A DNA stretch of 64,000 nucleotides from an uncultured Eubacteriales bacterium (GCA_900552015.1 URXY01000003.1:4808-68807); one strand, 5' to 3'; shown: positions 29,219 through 39,089, counted from the stretch's first letter. Made by a program: numbers and translations. Notes: generated by a model not told the origin, from the sequence alone.

Positions 29219-29836
29219 ATGAACATCACCTGGCTGGGCCATTCCTGCTTTGTGGTCGAGAGCGCTGGCTGGCGCATCGTGCTCGACCCCTACTATGTGG
29301 AGACCTATCCCGCGCTGCACGTCGAGGCGGACGAGGTGCTGTGCTCGCATGGCCACCGCGACCACGCCTTTTTAGAGGCAGTGATGCTCTCGGGGCGTGA
29401 TAGATCGGAGAGCCCGTTCACGGTCGAGACTGTGGCGACGTTCCACGATGACAAGCAGGGGGCGCTTCGCGGCGAGAACACCATTCATATCCTGCGCGCC
29501 GAGGGATCAACGGTCGTGCACTGCGGCGACCTCGGCCACGAGCTGAGTGAAGACCAGCTCGCGGCGGTCAAGGGCTGCGATGCGCTGCTCATCCCCGTCG
29601 GCGGGTACTACACGATCGACGCGAAGACGGCGAAGAAGGTCGCGGACACGATCGCACCGCGCGTGCTCGTGCCGATGCACTACCGTTTCGGCGCGCGCGG
29701 GTATCCCGAGATCGGCACGCTGGACGAGTTTCTGGCGCTGTGTGAGGCGAAGGACATCCGCAGACTTGACGGAAACAGTTTCGAGCTGACGAAGGCCGCG
29801 CCCGCCGGCGTCATCGTGCCGCAGTTTGCCGAATAA
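29219..29836 (+). CDS. MBL-fold metal-dependent hydrolase
   Basis: HxHxDH motif (CSHGHRDHA) and downstream His/Asp ligands. Confidence 0.8.
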   Translation: MNITWLGHSCFVVESAGWRIVLDPYYVETYPALHVEADEVLCSHGHRDHAFLEAVMLSGRDRSESPFTVETVATFHDDKQGALRGENTIHILRAEGSTVVHCGDLGHELSEDQLAAVKGCDALLIPVGGYYTIDAKTAKKVADTIAPRVLVPMHYRFGARGYPEIGTLDEFLALCEAKDIRRLDGNSFELTKAAPAGVIVPQFAE

Positions 29837-29950
29837 GAGAAGAAATGCGAAAGCCGCCCGATGGGCGCCTTTTGCTGTATAAAGCCCGTCTTTTTCGCGT
29901 AGACTATAGTGCTTGCCCGGCTTGACCGGGACGGAAAGGGAGGACGGAGC

Positions 29951-30493
29951 ATGAAACGGGAGCTGCGCCGATGGGAGATCATCGGCTTTGCCGCAACAGG
30001 CCTTGCTGGGACGCTGCTGCACTTTGTCTACGAATGGTCGGGTGGGAACCGTGTGGTCGCGGCGTTTTCGGCGATCAACGAGTCGACCTGGGAGCACATG
30101 AAGCTGCTGTTCATTCCGTTTTTAGTCTTCACGGTGGTGGAGTTCATCGTGTTTTCGGAGGCGTTTCGGAATTTCTTTGCCGTCAAGGCGGCGAGCATCC
30201 TGCTGGGGCTCATCGCTATCCCGGTGCTCTTCTATACGCTGACGGGGATATTCGGCAAGCTTCCGGACTGGGTGAATATCACGATCTTTTTCCTGGCCGA
30301 CGCGCTTTTGTACTTTGTGAGCTACCGCATGCTGGCGGACGGGCGGCTGCGCGGAGGCGCGGTGCAGCTCGCGGGCTTTGTGCTTATGTGGCTGCTGCTG
30401 TTCACCTTCGTCTGGTGCACGTACCGCCCGCCGCACCTGCCGCTGTTTCTCGACCCTGTGAGCGGCTGCTACGGACTCGATGTTCCCTGCTGA
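29951..30493 (+). CDS. hypothetical membrane protein (DUF6512-like)
   Basis: Start ATG 29951 with RBS GGGAGG. 5-6 TM helices. Confidence 0.5.
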   Translation: MKRELRRWEIIGFAATGLAGTLLHFVYEWSGGNRVVAAFSAINESTWEHMKLLFIPFLVFTVVEFIVFSEAFRNFFAVKAASILLGLIAIPVLFYTLTGIFGKLPDWVNITIFFLADALLYFVSYRMLADGRLRGGAVQLAGFVLMWLLLFTFVWCTYRPPHLPLFLDPVSGCYGLDVPC

Positions 30494-30526
30494 AAAAAAG
30501 GCTCCCGCTGCGGCGGGAGCCTTTGC
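30494..30526 (+). terminator. rho-independent terminator
   Basis: A-run, stem GGCTCCCGC / GCGGGAGCC, then TTT. Confidence 0.65.
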
Positions 30527-30753
30527 TGCTGATATACAAAGAGTATTATCACGGAATTCTTGCAGATCGGATATGGCAAAGCGGCGAAAATGACAGCTTC
30601 TTCATCGGGGAAGAGAAGCAATGCTGCTCGACAAAAGTTGCCAAAAGACGAATGGAGCCGTGTTTTTGCGACCTTGTTCGATCGCTTTAGCGCACTTGAG
30701 CGGGAAAGCGACAAATTAACATAACGATTTCAATAAATCGATACTACGGTGAG

Positions 30754-30783
30754 TTATCCACAGTTTCCACAGAGTTTTCCACA
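30754..30783 (+). promoter_or_regulatory. cluster of three same-orientation DnaA-box-like 9-mers (TTATCCACA perfect, TTTTCCACA 8/9, GTTTCCACA 7/9)
   Basis: Read directly: GAGTTATCCACAGTTTCCACAGAGTTTTCCACACAGG in the intergenic region between convergent genes. Confidence 0.5.
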
Positions 30784-30952
30784 CAGGGCGGAAAACGAAA
30801 ACAGCCTTATTTTACGGGAGTTCAGGCAGTCGCTTTCGGAGAGTGGAAAAACTTGACACAGACTTTACAGCGTGTCGAAATTTACATAATATTGAAGTTG
30901 GTAAAATTATTGCAGAACAGATTTTCGATTTGTTACCATAACAGACGGATTT

Positions 30953-31064
30953 TGCAAGACGATGTAAATGTCTTGCAGCCCGCGGTGCAGCGGGGGGGCT
31001 GCACCGCCTGAAAGGCAAGTCAAAGGGGATGTTCTCTTTTGCGAAAGAGAACATCCCCTTTGAC
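30953..31064. repeat. three consecutive strong hairpins: 8-bp stem 30953..30977; 10-bp GC stem with G-tract loop 30982..31007; perfect 21-bp palindrome with TGCG loop 31019..31064
   Basis: Inverted repeats verified by reverse-complementing each arm. The region lies 36 nt beyond the tsaD stop. Confidence 0.7.
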
Positions 31065-31100
31065 TGTGACAGCATGGGGTGCTGCGCCTTAGTTATTTTT

Positions 31101-32117
31101 TCAAACGATGGGATCGTCGATATCCCGTGTCGCATACGCGTTGAGCGACCAGTCTGCACGCGCGCCGGCGAGGTATTCGTAGTAGCCCTGCGCGCCGATC
31201 ATCGCGCCGTTGTCGCCGCAGAGCTTCAGCGGCGGCATATAGAGCCGATAGCTGCGCTTCTGGCACTCTTTTTCGAGCGCTGCGCGGATGAAGGAGTTTG
31301 CCGCCACGCCGCCTGCGGCGGCGAGCGTTTTGTGCCCGCTTTGCTCCATGGCGAGCATCGCGCGCGGCACGAGCTCGTCGATGACCGCCTGCGTGAAGTC
31401 GCGCGCAAGCGCGGCGCGGTCAAGCTGCTTTCCGGTCTGCTCGGCGTTGTGCGCAAGGTTCACGACGGCAGTCTTGAGACCAGAGAAGCTCATATCGAGC
31501 GGGCAGCCGTCGATCTTCGCGCGCGGCAGCTCGTAGACGCCGCCCTTGCTCTCGTGGGCAAGCTTGTCCATCGCCGCGCCGCCGGGGTAGGGAAGACCGA
31601 GCACGCGCGCGGCCTTGTCGAAGCATTCGCCCGCCGCGTCGTCGCGTGTCGCGCCGAGGAGCGCAAAGTCCGTATAATCGCGCACATCAACGATGAGCGT
31701 GTTGCCGCCGGACATGCACAGCGCCAGAAATGGTGGCTCGAGCTCGGGAAACGCCAAGTAATTTGCGGCGATATGGCCGCGGATATGGTGCACGGGGATG
31801 AGCGGCACGTTCAGCGCATAGGCCGCGCTCTTGGCGAAGTTCAGCCCCACGAGCACCGCACCGATGAGCCCCGGTGCGTAGGTCGCGGCCACGGCATCGA
31901 TTTCTTTTTTCTCGACGCCTGCCTCTTTGAGAGCCTGATCGGTCAGCGCGGCGATGGCCTCGATGTGCTTGCGCGATGCGATCTCCGGCACGACGCCGCC
32001 GTAGAGCGCGTGCAGGTCAGCCTGCGACGCGATGGCGTCGGAGAGGATCTTGCGACCGTCCTCGACGACCGCGACGGCGGTCTCGTCGCAGGAGGACTCG
32101 AAAGCGAGAATTTTCAT
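31101..32117 (-). CDS. tsaD: tRNA N6-adenosine threonylcarbamoyltransferase TsaD
   Basis: Start MKILAFESSCDETAVAVV with conserved metal-binding His pair (PVHHIRGH). The ATG at 32117 carries a GGAGG RBS; the upstream part of the track ORF is an alternate-start artifact. Confidence 0.95.
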   Translation of the reverse strand: MKILAFESSCDETAVAVVEDGRKILSDAIASQADLHALYGGVVPEIASRKHIEAIAALTDQALKEAGVEKKEIDAVAATYAPGLIGAVLVGLNFAKSAAYALNVPLIPVHHIRGHIAANYLAFPELEPPFLALCMSGGNTLIVDVRDYTDFALLGATRDDAAGECFDKAARVLGLPYPGGAAMDKLAHESKGGVYELPRAKIDGCPLDMSFSGLKTAVVNLAHNAEQTGKQLDRAALARDFTQAVIDELVPRAMLAMEQSGHKTLAAAGGVAANSFIRAALEKECQKRSYRLYMPPLKLCGDNGAMIGAQGYYEYLAGARADWSLNAYATRDIDDPIV

Positions 32118-32602
32118 TGTTTTGCCTCCGCTTCCGCCGCACCAAATTCCTTCGTCATGATGATGGCATCCTCTTTCGGGTGGTCGTAGTAGTTCTTGCG
32201 GCGGCCCTCGCCGCGGAAGCCGCGGCTGCCGTAGAGCGAGATGGCGGCATAGTTGCTCTCGCGTACCTCCAGCGTCAAAAACGCAAGGCTGCTGCCCTCG
32301 GCGAAGCGGATGAACACGTCGAGAAGCTGACCCGCCACACCGCCGCGGCGGCAGTCGGGGCGGACGGCCATCTTGGTGATGCAGCCCTCGTCCGCGACGG
32401 CGAGAAGTCCCGCGTAGCCGACGACGCTGTCGGCCTCTGCGTCCAGCGCGACTAAGAAAGCCGAGCACGCGTTTTCGAGCTCCTCTGCGAGCATGTTGCG
32501 CGACCAGGGGTTCGAGAAGCATGTGCGCTCAAGCTCGGCCACGTCGTTCAAATATTCGTTCGTCATCGGTACGATGCGGACCTTTTTCTTTAGCTGTTCC
32601 AT
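32114..32602 (-). CDS. rimI: ribosomal-protein-alanine N-acetyltransferase RimI (GNAT)
   Basis: GNAT motifs (ITKMAVRPDCRRGGVAGQLL). 4-nt overlap with tsaD. Confidence 0.85.
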   Translation of the reverse strand: MEQLKKKVRIVPMTNEYLNDVAELERTCFSNPWSRNMLAEELENACSAFLVALDAEADSVVGYAGLLAVADEGCITKMAVRPDCRRGGVAGQLLDVFIRFAEGSSLAFLTLEVRESNYAAISLYGSRGFRGEGRRKNYYDHPKEDAIIMTKEFGAAEAEAKQ

Positions 32603-32615
32603 TGGTTTCCTCCGG

Positions 32616-35276
32616 TCATTTGGCTTCCAGCCAGTTTTTGCCCCAGTGGGCCTCGGCGGTCAGGGGAACGGAGAGGTGCACTGCGCCCTCCATCTCCTCG
32701 GTGAGGAGCCGTGCGACCGTCTCCTTTTCCTCCTCCGGGCACTCGACGATGAGTTCGTCGTGCACCTGCAAAATGAGCTTTGCCTTTAAGTTTTCCTTGT
32801 GCAGCCGCTCGTCGACGCGCACCATCGCGAGCTTGATGACGTCCGCGGCTGTGCCCTGGATGGGCATGTTGCGCGCCACACGTTCGCCGAACGAACGGGT
32901 ATTGAAGTTGCTCGCCGTCAGCTCGGGCAGCGCACGGCGGCGGTGCATCAGTGTTTCGACATAGCCGCGCTCTTTCGCCTGCGCGACGACCTCGTCCATA
33001 TAGCGGCGGATGCCGGGGAAGCGCTCAAAGTACGTCTCGATATATTCCTTCGCCTCGTACACCGGCACGCCGATGTCCTGCGCGAGCGAGAAGGCGGAAA
33101 TGCCGTACACGATGCCGAAGTTGACGGCCTTCGCGTGCGAGCGCATCTGCTTGGTGACCTGATCAGTCGGCACGCCGAAGACCTGCGAGGCGGTGACGGT
33201 GTGAATGTCCTCGCCGGTCAGAAACGCCTGCTTCATCGCCTCGTCGTCCGCGATGTGCGCAAGCAGGCGCAGCTCGATCTGGCTGTAGTCCGCGTCAACG
33301 AGCACGCAGCCGCTTGCTGGGACGAACATCCGGCGAAATTCGCTGCCGAGCTTTGTGCGCGTGGGGATGTTCTGCAAATTCGGCTCGGTCGAGCTGAGGC
33401 GCCCCGTCGCCGTGACGGTCATCTGGAAGCTCGTGTGGATGCGCCCGTCGGGCGCGATGACCTTCAAAAGGCCGTCGCAATAGGTCGAGCGGAACTTTGC
33501 GTACTGGCGGTATTGCAGCACTTCTTCAACGATGGGATTTTCCCAGCGGAGCTTTTCAAGCACGTCCGCGTTCGTCGACCAGCCGGTTTTCGTCTTTTTG
33601 CCGTGCGGCAGCTGCAAGCGCTCAAAGAGCACCTCGCCGAGCTGCTTGGGGGAGTTGATGTTGAACGGCCCACCGGCTTCTTCGTAGATGTGCTGCTCGA
33701 GCGTTTTGAGCTGGGCTTCCATCTCATTGCCGAACGCCGCGAGAGCGTTGGCATCGACGCGCATGCCCGCGTGCTCCATGCGTGCGAGCACGGCGCAGAG
33801 GGGCAGCTCTACCTTGTAATAGAGCTCGTGCAGCTCGCGCTTTTCGATTTCGGGGGAAAGGGTCTCATACAGCGCGTCGACGGCGCTGACATAGATGTGG
33901 AATGCCGTCTCGGCCCCCGCGGTGTCGCCGAGCATCGAGAAAGCCTCAGGTTCCAAGTGCTTCGGCTCAGCGAGCGTCTGGTGGAAGTAGGCGGCGAAGA
34001 GCGAGGCAATGTCATACTTGCCCGCCGTCGCGTCGAGAAGATACCCTGCGAGCGCGACGTCGAAGATGAAGCCGTCAATGGGAAGACCGTTTTCGAGGAG
34101 TGTGCGCTGCAAGTCCTTGACGTTGTGGCTGACCTTTTTGATATCGTCCGAGAACAGGGCGCGCAGCAGCGCGTTCCAGTCGCCCTCGTAGCGGTTAAAG
34201 TAGAATTCGGCAGAGACGGCAGTGCTTTCACCCGTATCACAGTCGACGATCACGCCGGAGAGGTCGGGCAGCGCCAGCAGCGTCACGTACTCCGCCTTGC
34301 GGAAGAGCGCGAGCAGCTCGTCCGCGTGCGTTTCCGCGCTCACGACCTCAGCCGTCACGGTGAGGTCCTTCGGCGCTTCGGCGGCGGGAAGGTCGGCGGA
34401 CGGCTTGAGGCCGTATTTGTCGATGAGCTTCGTGAACTCTAACTTCATAAAGAGCGGGTAGAGCGCATCTGATGGCGATTTGCGCAGATTGTCCTGCGGG
34501 GAAAATTCGAGCGGCGCGTCCGTCACGATGGTTGCAAGGTGGAAGCTCTGGTGCGCGCTCTCCTCACCCTCGGTGAGCTTTTTGATGACGTTCGGCTTTG
34601 CCTCGATATCCGGCAGCAGACGGTAAATTTCGTCGATGCTCTGATATTTCTGGATGAGCGCCGTCGCCGTCTTTTCGCCAACACCCGGGACGCCGGGGAT
34701 GTTGTCGCTCGCGTCGCCCATCAGGGCCTTGAGGTCGACGATGTGGACGGGGGCGAAGCCGTAGCATTCAAAAAACGTCTCGGGCGTCATGTCCTTCGTC
34801 GTGGTCTGACCCATGCGCGTTGAGATGAGCTTGACGGTCGTGTGGTCGGTGACAAGCTGCAAAGAATCCTTGTCTCCCGTGGCGACGACGCAGTCCCAGC
34901 CCTCTTTTTCGCACTTGCGCGAGATCGTGCCGATGAGGTCGTCCGCTTCAAAGCCGACGAGCTCGTAGCGGGGAATGTTCATCGCGTCGAGCACGTCCTT
35001 CAAAACGGGGATCTGCATGGCGAGTTCCTCGGGCATGGCATGGCGCGTGGCCTTGTAGCCCTCATATTCCAGGTGACGGAAGGTCGGCTCGCGGCGGTCG
35101 AAGGCGACGCAGAGCGCCTCGGGCTTTTCCTCATCCAGAAGACGGCCCAGCATCGTCACAAAGCCGAAAATCGCGTGGGTGAAAAAGCCGTCGCGTGTCG
35201 TGAGCGGACGGACACCGTAATAGGCGCGGTTGACGATGGAGTTGCCGTCAAGCACCATCAATTTCATGGGAAGCAC
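32616..35276 (-). CDS. polA: DNA polymerase I
   Basis: 5'-3' exonuclease domain (MVLDGNSIVNRAYYG). 3'-5' exo-like middle. Pol A motifs (DYSQIELRLLAH ... QVHDEL). RBS GGGAGG before ATG 35276. Confidence 0.97.
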   Translation of the reverse strand: MLPMKLMVLDGNSIVNRAYYGVRPLTTRDGFFTHAIFGFVTMLGRLLDEEKPEALCVAFDRREPTFRHLEYEGYKATRHAMPEELAMQIPVLKDVLDAMNIPRYELVGFEADDLIGTISRKCEKEGWDCVVATGDKDSLQLVTDHTTVKLISTRMGQTTTKDMTPETFFECYGFAPVHIVDLKALMGDASDNIPGVPGVGEKTATALIQKYQSIDEIYRLLPDIEAKPNVIKKLTEGEESAHQSFHLATIVTDAPLEFSPQDNLRKSPSDALYPLFMKLEFTKLIDKYGLKPSADLPAAEAPKDLTVTAEVVSAETHADELLALFRKAEYVTLLALPDLSGVIVDCDTGESTAVSAEFYFNRYEGDWNALLRALFSDDIKKVSHNVKDLQRTLLENGLPIDGFIFDVALAGYLLDATAGKYDIASLFAAYFHQTLAEPKHLEPEAFSMLGDTAGAETAFHIYVSAVDALYETLSPEIEKRELHELYYKVELPLCAVLARMEHAGMRVDANALAAFGNEMEAQLKTLEQHIYEEAGGPFNINSPKQLGEVLFERLQLPHGKKTKTGWSTNADVLEKLRWENPIVEEVLQYRQYAKFRSTYCDGLLKVIAPDGRIHTSFQMTVTATGRLSSTEPNLQNIPTRTKLGSEFRRMFVPASGCVLVDADYSQIELRLLAHIADDEAMKQAFLTGEDIHTVTASQVFGVPTDQVTKQMRSHAKAVNFGIVYGISAFSLAQDIGVPVYEAKEYIETYFERFPGIRRYMDEVVAQAKERGYVETLMHRRRALPELTASNFNTRSFGERVARNMPIQGTAADVIKLAMVRVDERLHKENLKAKLILQVHDELIVECPEEEKETVARLLTEEMEGAVHLSVPLTAEAHWGKNWLEAK

Positions 35277-35394
35277 CTCCCAAAGTGCAAATTTTTACTA
35301 AATATAGTATAGCGCAAAGCGACCAAAAACACAACAGAAACAAAAGCGAAGACCGTCAGGAGATGAGAAAATACAGCAAAAATAAACAGAATAC

Positions 35395-35423
35395 TTGCAT
35401 TTTCATAGCGAGACCTTTATAAT
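35395..35423 (+). promoter_or_regulatory. sigma70 promoter TTGCAT-17-TATAAT for the purine permease
   Basis: Hexamers with exact 17-nt spacing, about 80 nt upstream of ATG 35501. Confidence 0.6.
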
Positions 35424-35500
35424 AATGGCTGAAAATCTGTTTTGCTTCCTGAAAAAAATTCAGGTGTAGGGGCAAAGCAGAAAAAGAAAGGGAGAATATC

Positions 35501-36934
35501 ATGGAAAAGCTTTTTAAGCTGAAGGCCAACGGTACGACGGTCCGCACCGAGCTCCTTGCCGGTCTCACCACGTTTATGACCATGGCCTACATCATCGCGC
35601 TCAACCCGAATCTTCTGACGAACTTTGCAGCAGGTACGCCGCTGTGGAACGGTGTGTTCCTCGCGACGTGCATTGCCTCGGCCATCGGTACGATCTGCAT
35701 GGCGTTCTTCGCCAACAAGCCCTTCGTCATGGCGCCCGGCATGGGCCTCAACAGCTTCTTTGCTGTCGTTGTGGCCAACATCGCCGTCATCAATGAGTGC
35801 GAGTATGAGTCCGCATTCCAGGCGGCGCTCGTCATCATCCTCGTTGAGGGCATCGTGTTCCTTATCCTCACGCTCTTAAAGGTCCGCGAGAAGATCGTCG
35901 AGGCCATTCCTCTCGGCGTGCGCTACGGCATCGCTCCCGCCATCGGTCTGATGCTGATGAACGTGGGCCTTGGCTCCAACGTCGGCATCTATGCTGAGGG
36001 CAACGGCTTTGCGAGTCCCTTCTACATGATGCGCGACTTCTTCGGCGCGCTCACGCCCAGCATCATCAAGGACAGCATGGGCGATGTCGGTTACAATACC
36101 ATGGTCCTGACTGTTGTGACGGCGTTCCTCGGCGTGTTCGTCATGGTCGTCCTCGCCAAGAAGGGCGTGAAGGCGGCAGTTCTCCTCGGTATGCTGTTCT
36201 CCTCCGTCATCTACTGGGCGGGCAGCGCGATCTTCCTGCACGTGAACCCCTTTGAGAGCCTGGCCACCGCGAGCTTTGTCCCGCCCTTTGCTGACATGGT
36301 CTCCTCCACTCTCTTCAAATTTGACTTTGCTGGCTTTGTGAATATCGGCTGGTTCACTGCCATCACGCTCGTCATCACCTTCTGCATGATCGATATGTTC
36401 GACACCATCGGTACCCTCGTCGGCACGGCCTCCCGCGCCGGCATGGTCGATGAAGAGGGCAACATGCCCAACATGAAGGAAGCCCTGCTCTCCGACGCCA
36501 TCGGTACGGTCGCGGGCGCCTGCACCGGTACCTCCACCGTCACGACCTTCATTGAGTCCGCCTCCGGCGTGGAAGCGGGCGGCCGCACTGGCCTGACCGC
36601 ACTGACTGCGGGCATCCTGTTTCTCGCCTGCATGTTCCTCGCTCCTATTGCCGCCATCATCCCCGGCGCTGCGACCTCCGCCGCGCTGATCTATGTCGGC
36701 GTTCTGATGCTCCAGGGCCTCAAGAATGTGGACTTCAGCGACATGGACCAAATGCTGCCGGTGTCCATCATGCTCATCGGTATGCCGATCTCCGGTTCCA
36801 TCGGCCACGCCATCGGTCTTGGTCTCATCTCCTATACCTTCGTCAAGGTCTTCTCCGGCAAGGCTAAGGACGTCAGCGTTTTGACCTACGTCATTTCCGC
36901 GCTGTTCCTCGTCAAGTTCTTCGCCGTGGTGTAA
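35501..36934 (+). CDS. NCS2-family purine permease, AzgA/PbuG-like (adenine/guanine/hypoxanthine)
   Basis: Characteristic N-terminus (MEKLFKLKANGTTVRTELLAGLTTFMTMAYIIALNPNLL) and AzgA-type length (477 aa). Confidence 0.85.
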   Translation: MEKLFKLKANGTTVRTELLAGLTTFMTMAYIIALNPNLLTNFAAGTPLWNGVFLATCIASAIGTICMAFFANKPFVMAPGMGLNSFFAVVVANIAVINECEYESAFQAALVIILVEGIVFLILTLLKVREKIVEAIPLGVRYGIAPAIGLMLMNVGLGSNVGIYAEGNGFASPFYMMRDFFGALTPSIIKDSMGDVGYNTMVLTVVTAFLGVFVMVVLAKKGVKAAVLLGMLFSSVIYWAGSAIFLHVNPFESLATASFVPPFADMVSSTLFKFDFAGFVNIGWFTAITLVITFCMIDMFDTIGTLVGTASRAGMVDEEGNMPNMKEALLSDAIGTVAGACTGTSTVTTFIESASGVEAGGRTGLTALTAGILFLACMFLAPIAAIIPGAATSAALIYVGVLMLQGLKNVDFSDMDQMLPVSIMLIGMPISGSIGHAIGLGLISYTFVKVFSGKAKDVSVLTYVISALFLVKFFAVV

Positions 36935-36950
36935 GTGTGTCAAAAACCTT

Positions 36951-36985
36951 AAAAAGAGCGTCCCGCACGGGACGCTCTTTTTTTC
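36951..36985 (+). terminator. rho-independent terminator
   Basis: Stem AGAGCGTCCCG / GGGACGCTCT followed by TTTTTTTCTG. Confidence 0.8.
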
Positions 36986-37185
36986 TGCGCCGCGGTATGA
37001 TATCATGACGAAGATACATAGGGTAATAGGAGCGCACGGCGAAAAAACCTTGAAAAATCAAGGATTGCAACTGCCGGTTGACAAATTTGACAGTGCGCTT
37101 TCTTTCCCGCAACCGCGAAATGGGCTATGATAACGCCATCCAAACGGCGCGGGACCGCGCCGCAGAATTTCAGGAGGAAGACGAT

Positions 37186-38220
37186 ATGATCTTAGCAGAT
37201 AAGATAATCACGCTGCGCAAAAAGGCGGGCTGGTCGCAGGAGGAACTGGCGGTTCAGCTCGGCGTGACGCGCCAGTCGGTCAGCAAATGGGAGGGCGCGC
37301 AGTCCGTGCCCGACCTTGACAAGGTGGTGCAGATGAGCCGGCTGTTTGGCGTGAGCACCGACTATTTATTGAAGGACGAACTCGAAGAAGAGGAGTTCGT
37401 CGGATCCGAGGCGGAGGAAACGCCGCTGCGGAGAGTGACGATGGAGCAGGCGGCGCGATACCTCACACTGCGCAGGGCCTGCGCGCCGAGGATGGCGCTG
37501 GCGGTGGCGATGTGTATCGTCTCGCCGGTCGTGATCATTCTGCTTGCCGCGATGGCGGATACAGGGCTCTGCGGTATTTCTGATGATCTGGCCGCAGGTC
37601 TCGGCGTGAGCGTCATTTTGGTGCTGGTCGCCATTGCGGTGGGGATGTTCCTCTCGTGCGGGGCGAAGACGAAGGAATTCGACTTTCTTGAAAAAGAGCC
37701 GTTTGAGACCGAGTACGGCGTGAGCGGCATGGTGCGCGAGCGGCGCAAGGCCTATGAGCCGACCGCCTCGCGCTGTACGATCCTCGGCGTGGTGCTGTGC
37801 ATCCTTGCTGTTGTGCCGCTGATGCTCGGGGTCGGTCTCGCGTCGTCCGATGTCGCCGCGCTGCTCGTGCGCGTCGCTCCGGCGGATGTTTACGCCGCGG
37901 CGGCGGTGGATGCGCTGCTGCTTCTGGTCGCCTGCGGCGTGGGCGTGCTCGTCTGGAGCGGGACCTACACCGGCGCGATGGACCAGCTGCTCGAGGAGGG
38001 CGACTACACGCGCAAAAAGAAGGCGCGCAGCGGCGTAATGAGCACGGTGTCGCTCATCTACTGGCTGAGCGTGACGGCGATCTTCCTGTTCTACACTTTC
38101 GGACCCAAGGGGAACGGCCAGCCGCAGTATAGCTGGTTTATCTGGGCCGTTGGCGGCGTACTGTATGCGGCGGTGATGGGTATTGTGTCGCTCGTGCTGT
38201 ATCACAAAGATAAAATGTAA
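37186..38220 (+). CDS. membrane-tethered XRE-family HTH transcriptional regulator (N-terminal HTH_3, C-terminal approx 6 TM)
   Basis: HTH_3 signature (LRKKAGWSQEELAVQLGVTRQSVSKWE). Multiple C-terminal TM helices. RBS CAGGAGG. Confidence 0.75.
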   Translation: MILADKIITLRKKAGWSQEELAVQLGVTRQSVSKWEGAQSVPDLDKVVQMSRLFGVSTDYLLKDELEEEEFVGSEAEETPLRRVTMEQAARYLTLRRACAPRMALAVAMCIVSPVVIILLAAMADTGLCGISDDLAAGLGVSVILVLVAIAVGMFLSCGAKTKEFDFLEKEPFETEYGVSGMVRERRKAYEPTASRCTILGVVLCILAVVPLMLGVGLASSDVAALLVRVAPADVYAAAAVDALLLLVACGVGVLVWSGTYTGAMDQLLEEGDYTRKKKARSGVMSTVSLIYWLSVTAIFLFYTFGPKGNGQPQYSWFIWAVGGVLYAAVMGIVSLVLYHKDKM

Positions 38221-38375
38221 AGCACACTTGACAAATAGGAACGACAGTGATATCCTACAAGTAAAGCAAACTTGACATTTGCAAAATGGCTCTTGACAGT
38301 TGGAAATCACATGATATTATTTTGATATTACAAAGATATTCGAAACGGCTGCAAGAAGAAAAGAGGGAGAACCTT

Positions 38376-39089
38376 ATGCTCTTTATTGACCACCTGACCA
38401 AGACCTTCGGCGAAAAGAAAGCCGTGGACGATCTGTCGCTCCACATCGCGCCGGGGGAGATCTACGGCTTTATCGGCCACAACGGCGCGGGCAAGACCAC
38501 GACGCTCAAATCCGTCGTCGGCATCCAGCAGTTCGATTCCGGCAAGATCACCATCGGCGGACACTCCATTCAGGATGACCCTATCGCCTGCAAGAAAATG
38601 CTGGCCTACATCCCGGATAACCCTGACCTTTACGAGTTTATGACGGGCATCCAGTACCTCAATTTTATCGCCGACATCTTCGGTGTGGAGGAAAGCACGC
38701 GGCAGGAGCGCATCCGCAAGTACGCGGACCTCTTCGAGCTGACGGGCGACCTCGCGCAGCCCGTCGCGGCCTATTCCCACGGCATGAAGCAGAAGCTTGC
38801 TATCATTTCGGCGTGGCTGCACGAGCCGAAGCTCATTTTGATGGATGAGCCGTTCGTCGGCCTCGACCCAAAGGCCGCGCATATCTTAAAGGGCATGATG
38901 CGCGAGGTGTGCGACGCGGGCGGCGCGATCTTCTTCTCGACCCACGTGCTCGAGGTGGCGGAAAAGCTCTGCGACAAGGTCGCCATCATCAAAGGCGGTA
39001 AGCTCATCCGCTCCGGCACGATGGAGGAGGTCAAGGGCGACGACTCGCTCGAGGAGGTCTTCCTTGAGCTGGAGGGCGAATCATGCTGA
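38376..39089 (+). CDS. ABC transporter ATP-binding protein
   Basis: Walker A GHNGAGKTT. ABC signature and Walker B (LSGGMKQKLAIISAWLHEPKLILMDEP). Confidence 0.9.
   Translation: MLFIDHLTKTFGEKKAVDDLSLHIAPGEIYGFIGHNGAGKTTTLKSVVGIQQFDSGKITIGGHSIQDDPIACKKMLAYIPDNPDLYEFMTGIQYLNFIADIFGVEESTRQERIRKYADLFELTGDLAQPVAAYSHGMKQKLAIISAWLHEPKLILMDEPFVGLDPKAAHILKGMMREVCDAGGAIFFSTHVLEVAEKLCDKVAIIKGGKLIRSGTMEEVKGDDSLEEVFLELEGESC

Noticed and set aside
31029-32189. 386-aa + ORF starting MFSFAKENIPFD, overlapping the palindrome and antisense to tsaD
   Set aside because: It begins inside the 21-bp palindrome and runs antisense through tsaD, with no RBS and a low-complexity translation. It is an artifact.
35280-35500. 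Guanine riboswitch upstream of pbuG-like permease
   Set aside because: Looked for conserved purine-riboswitch core blocks on the + strand. None present, only a sigma70 promoter and a nested hairpin.
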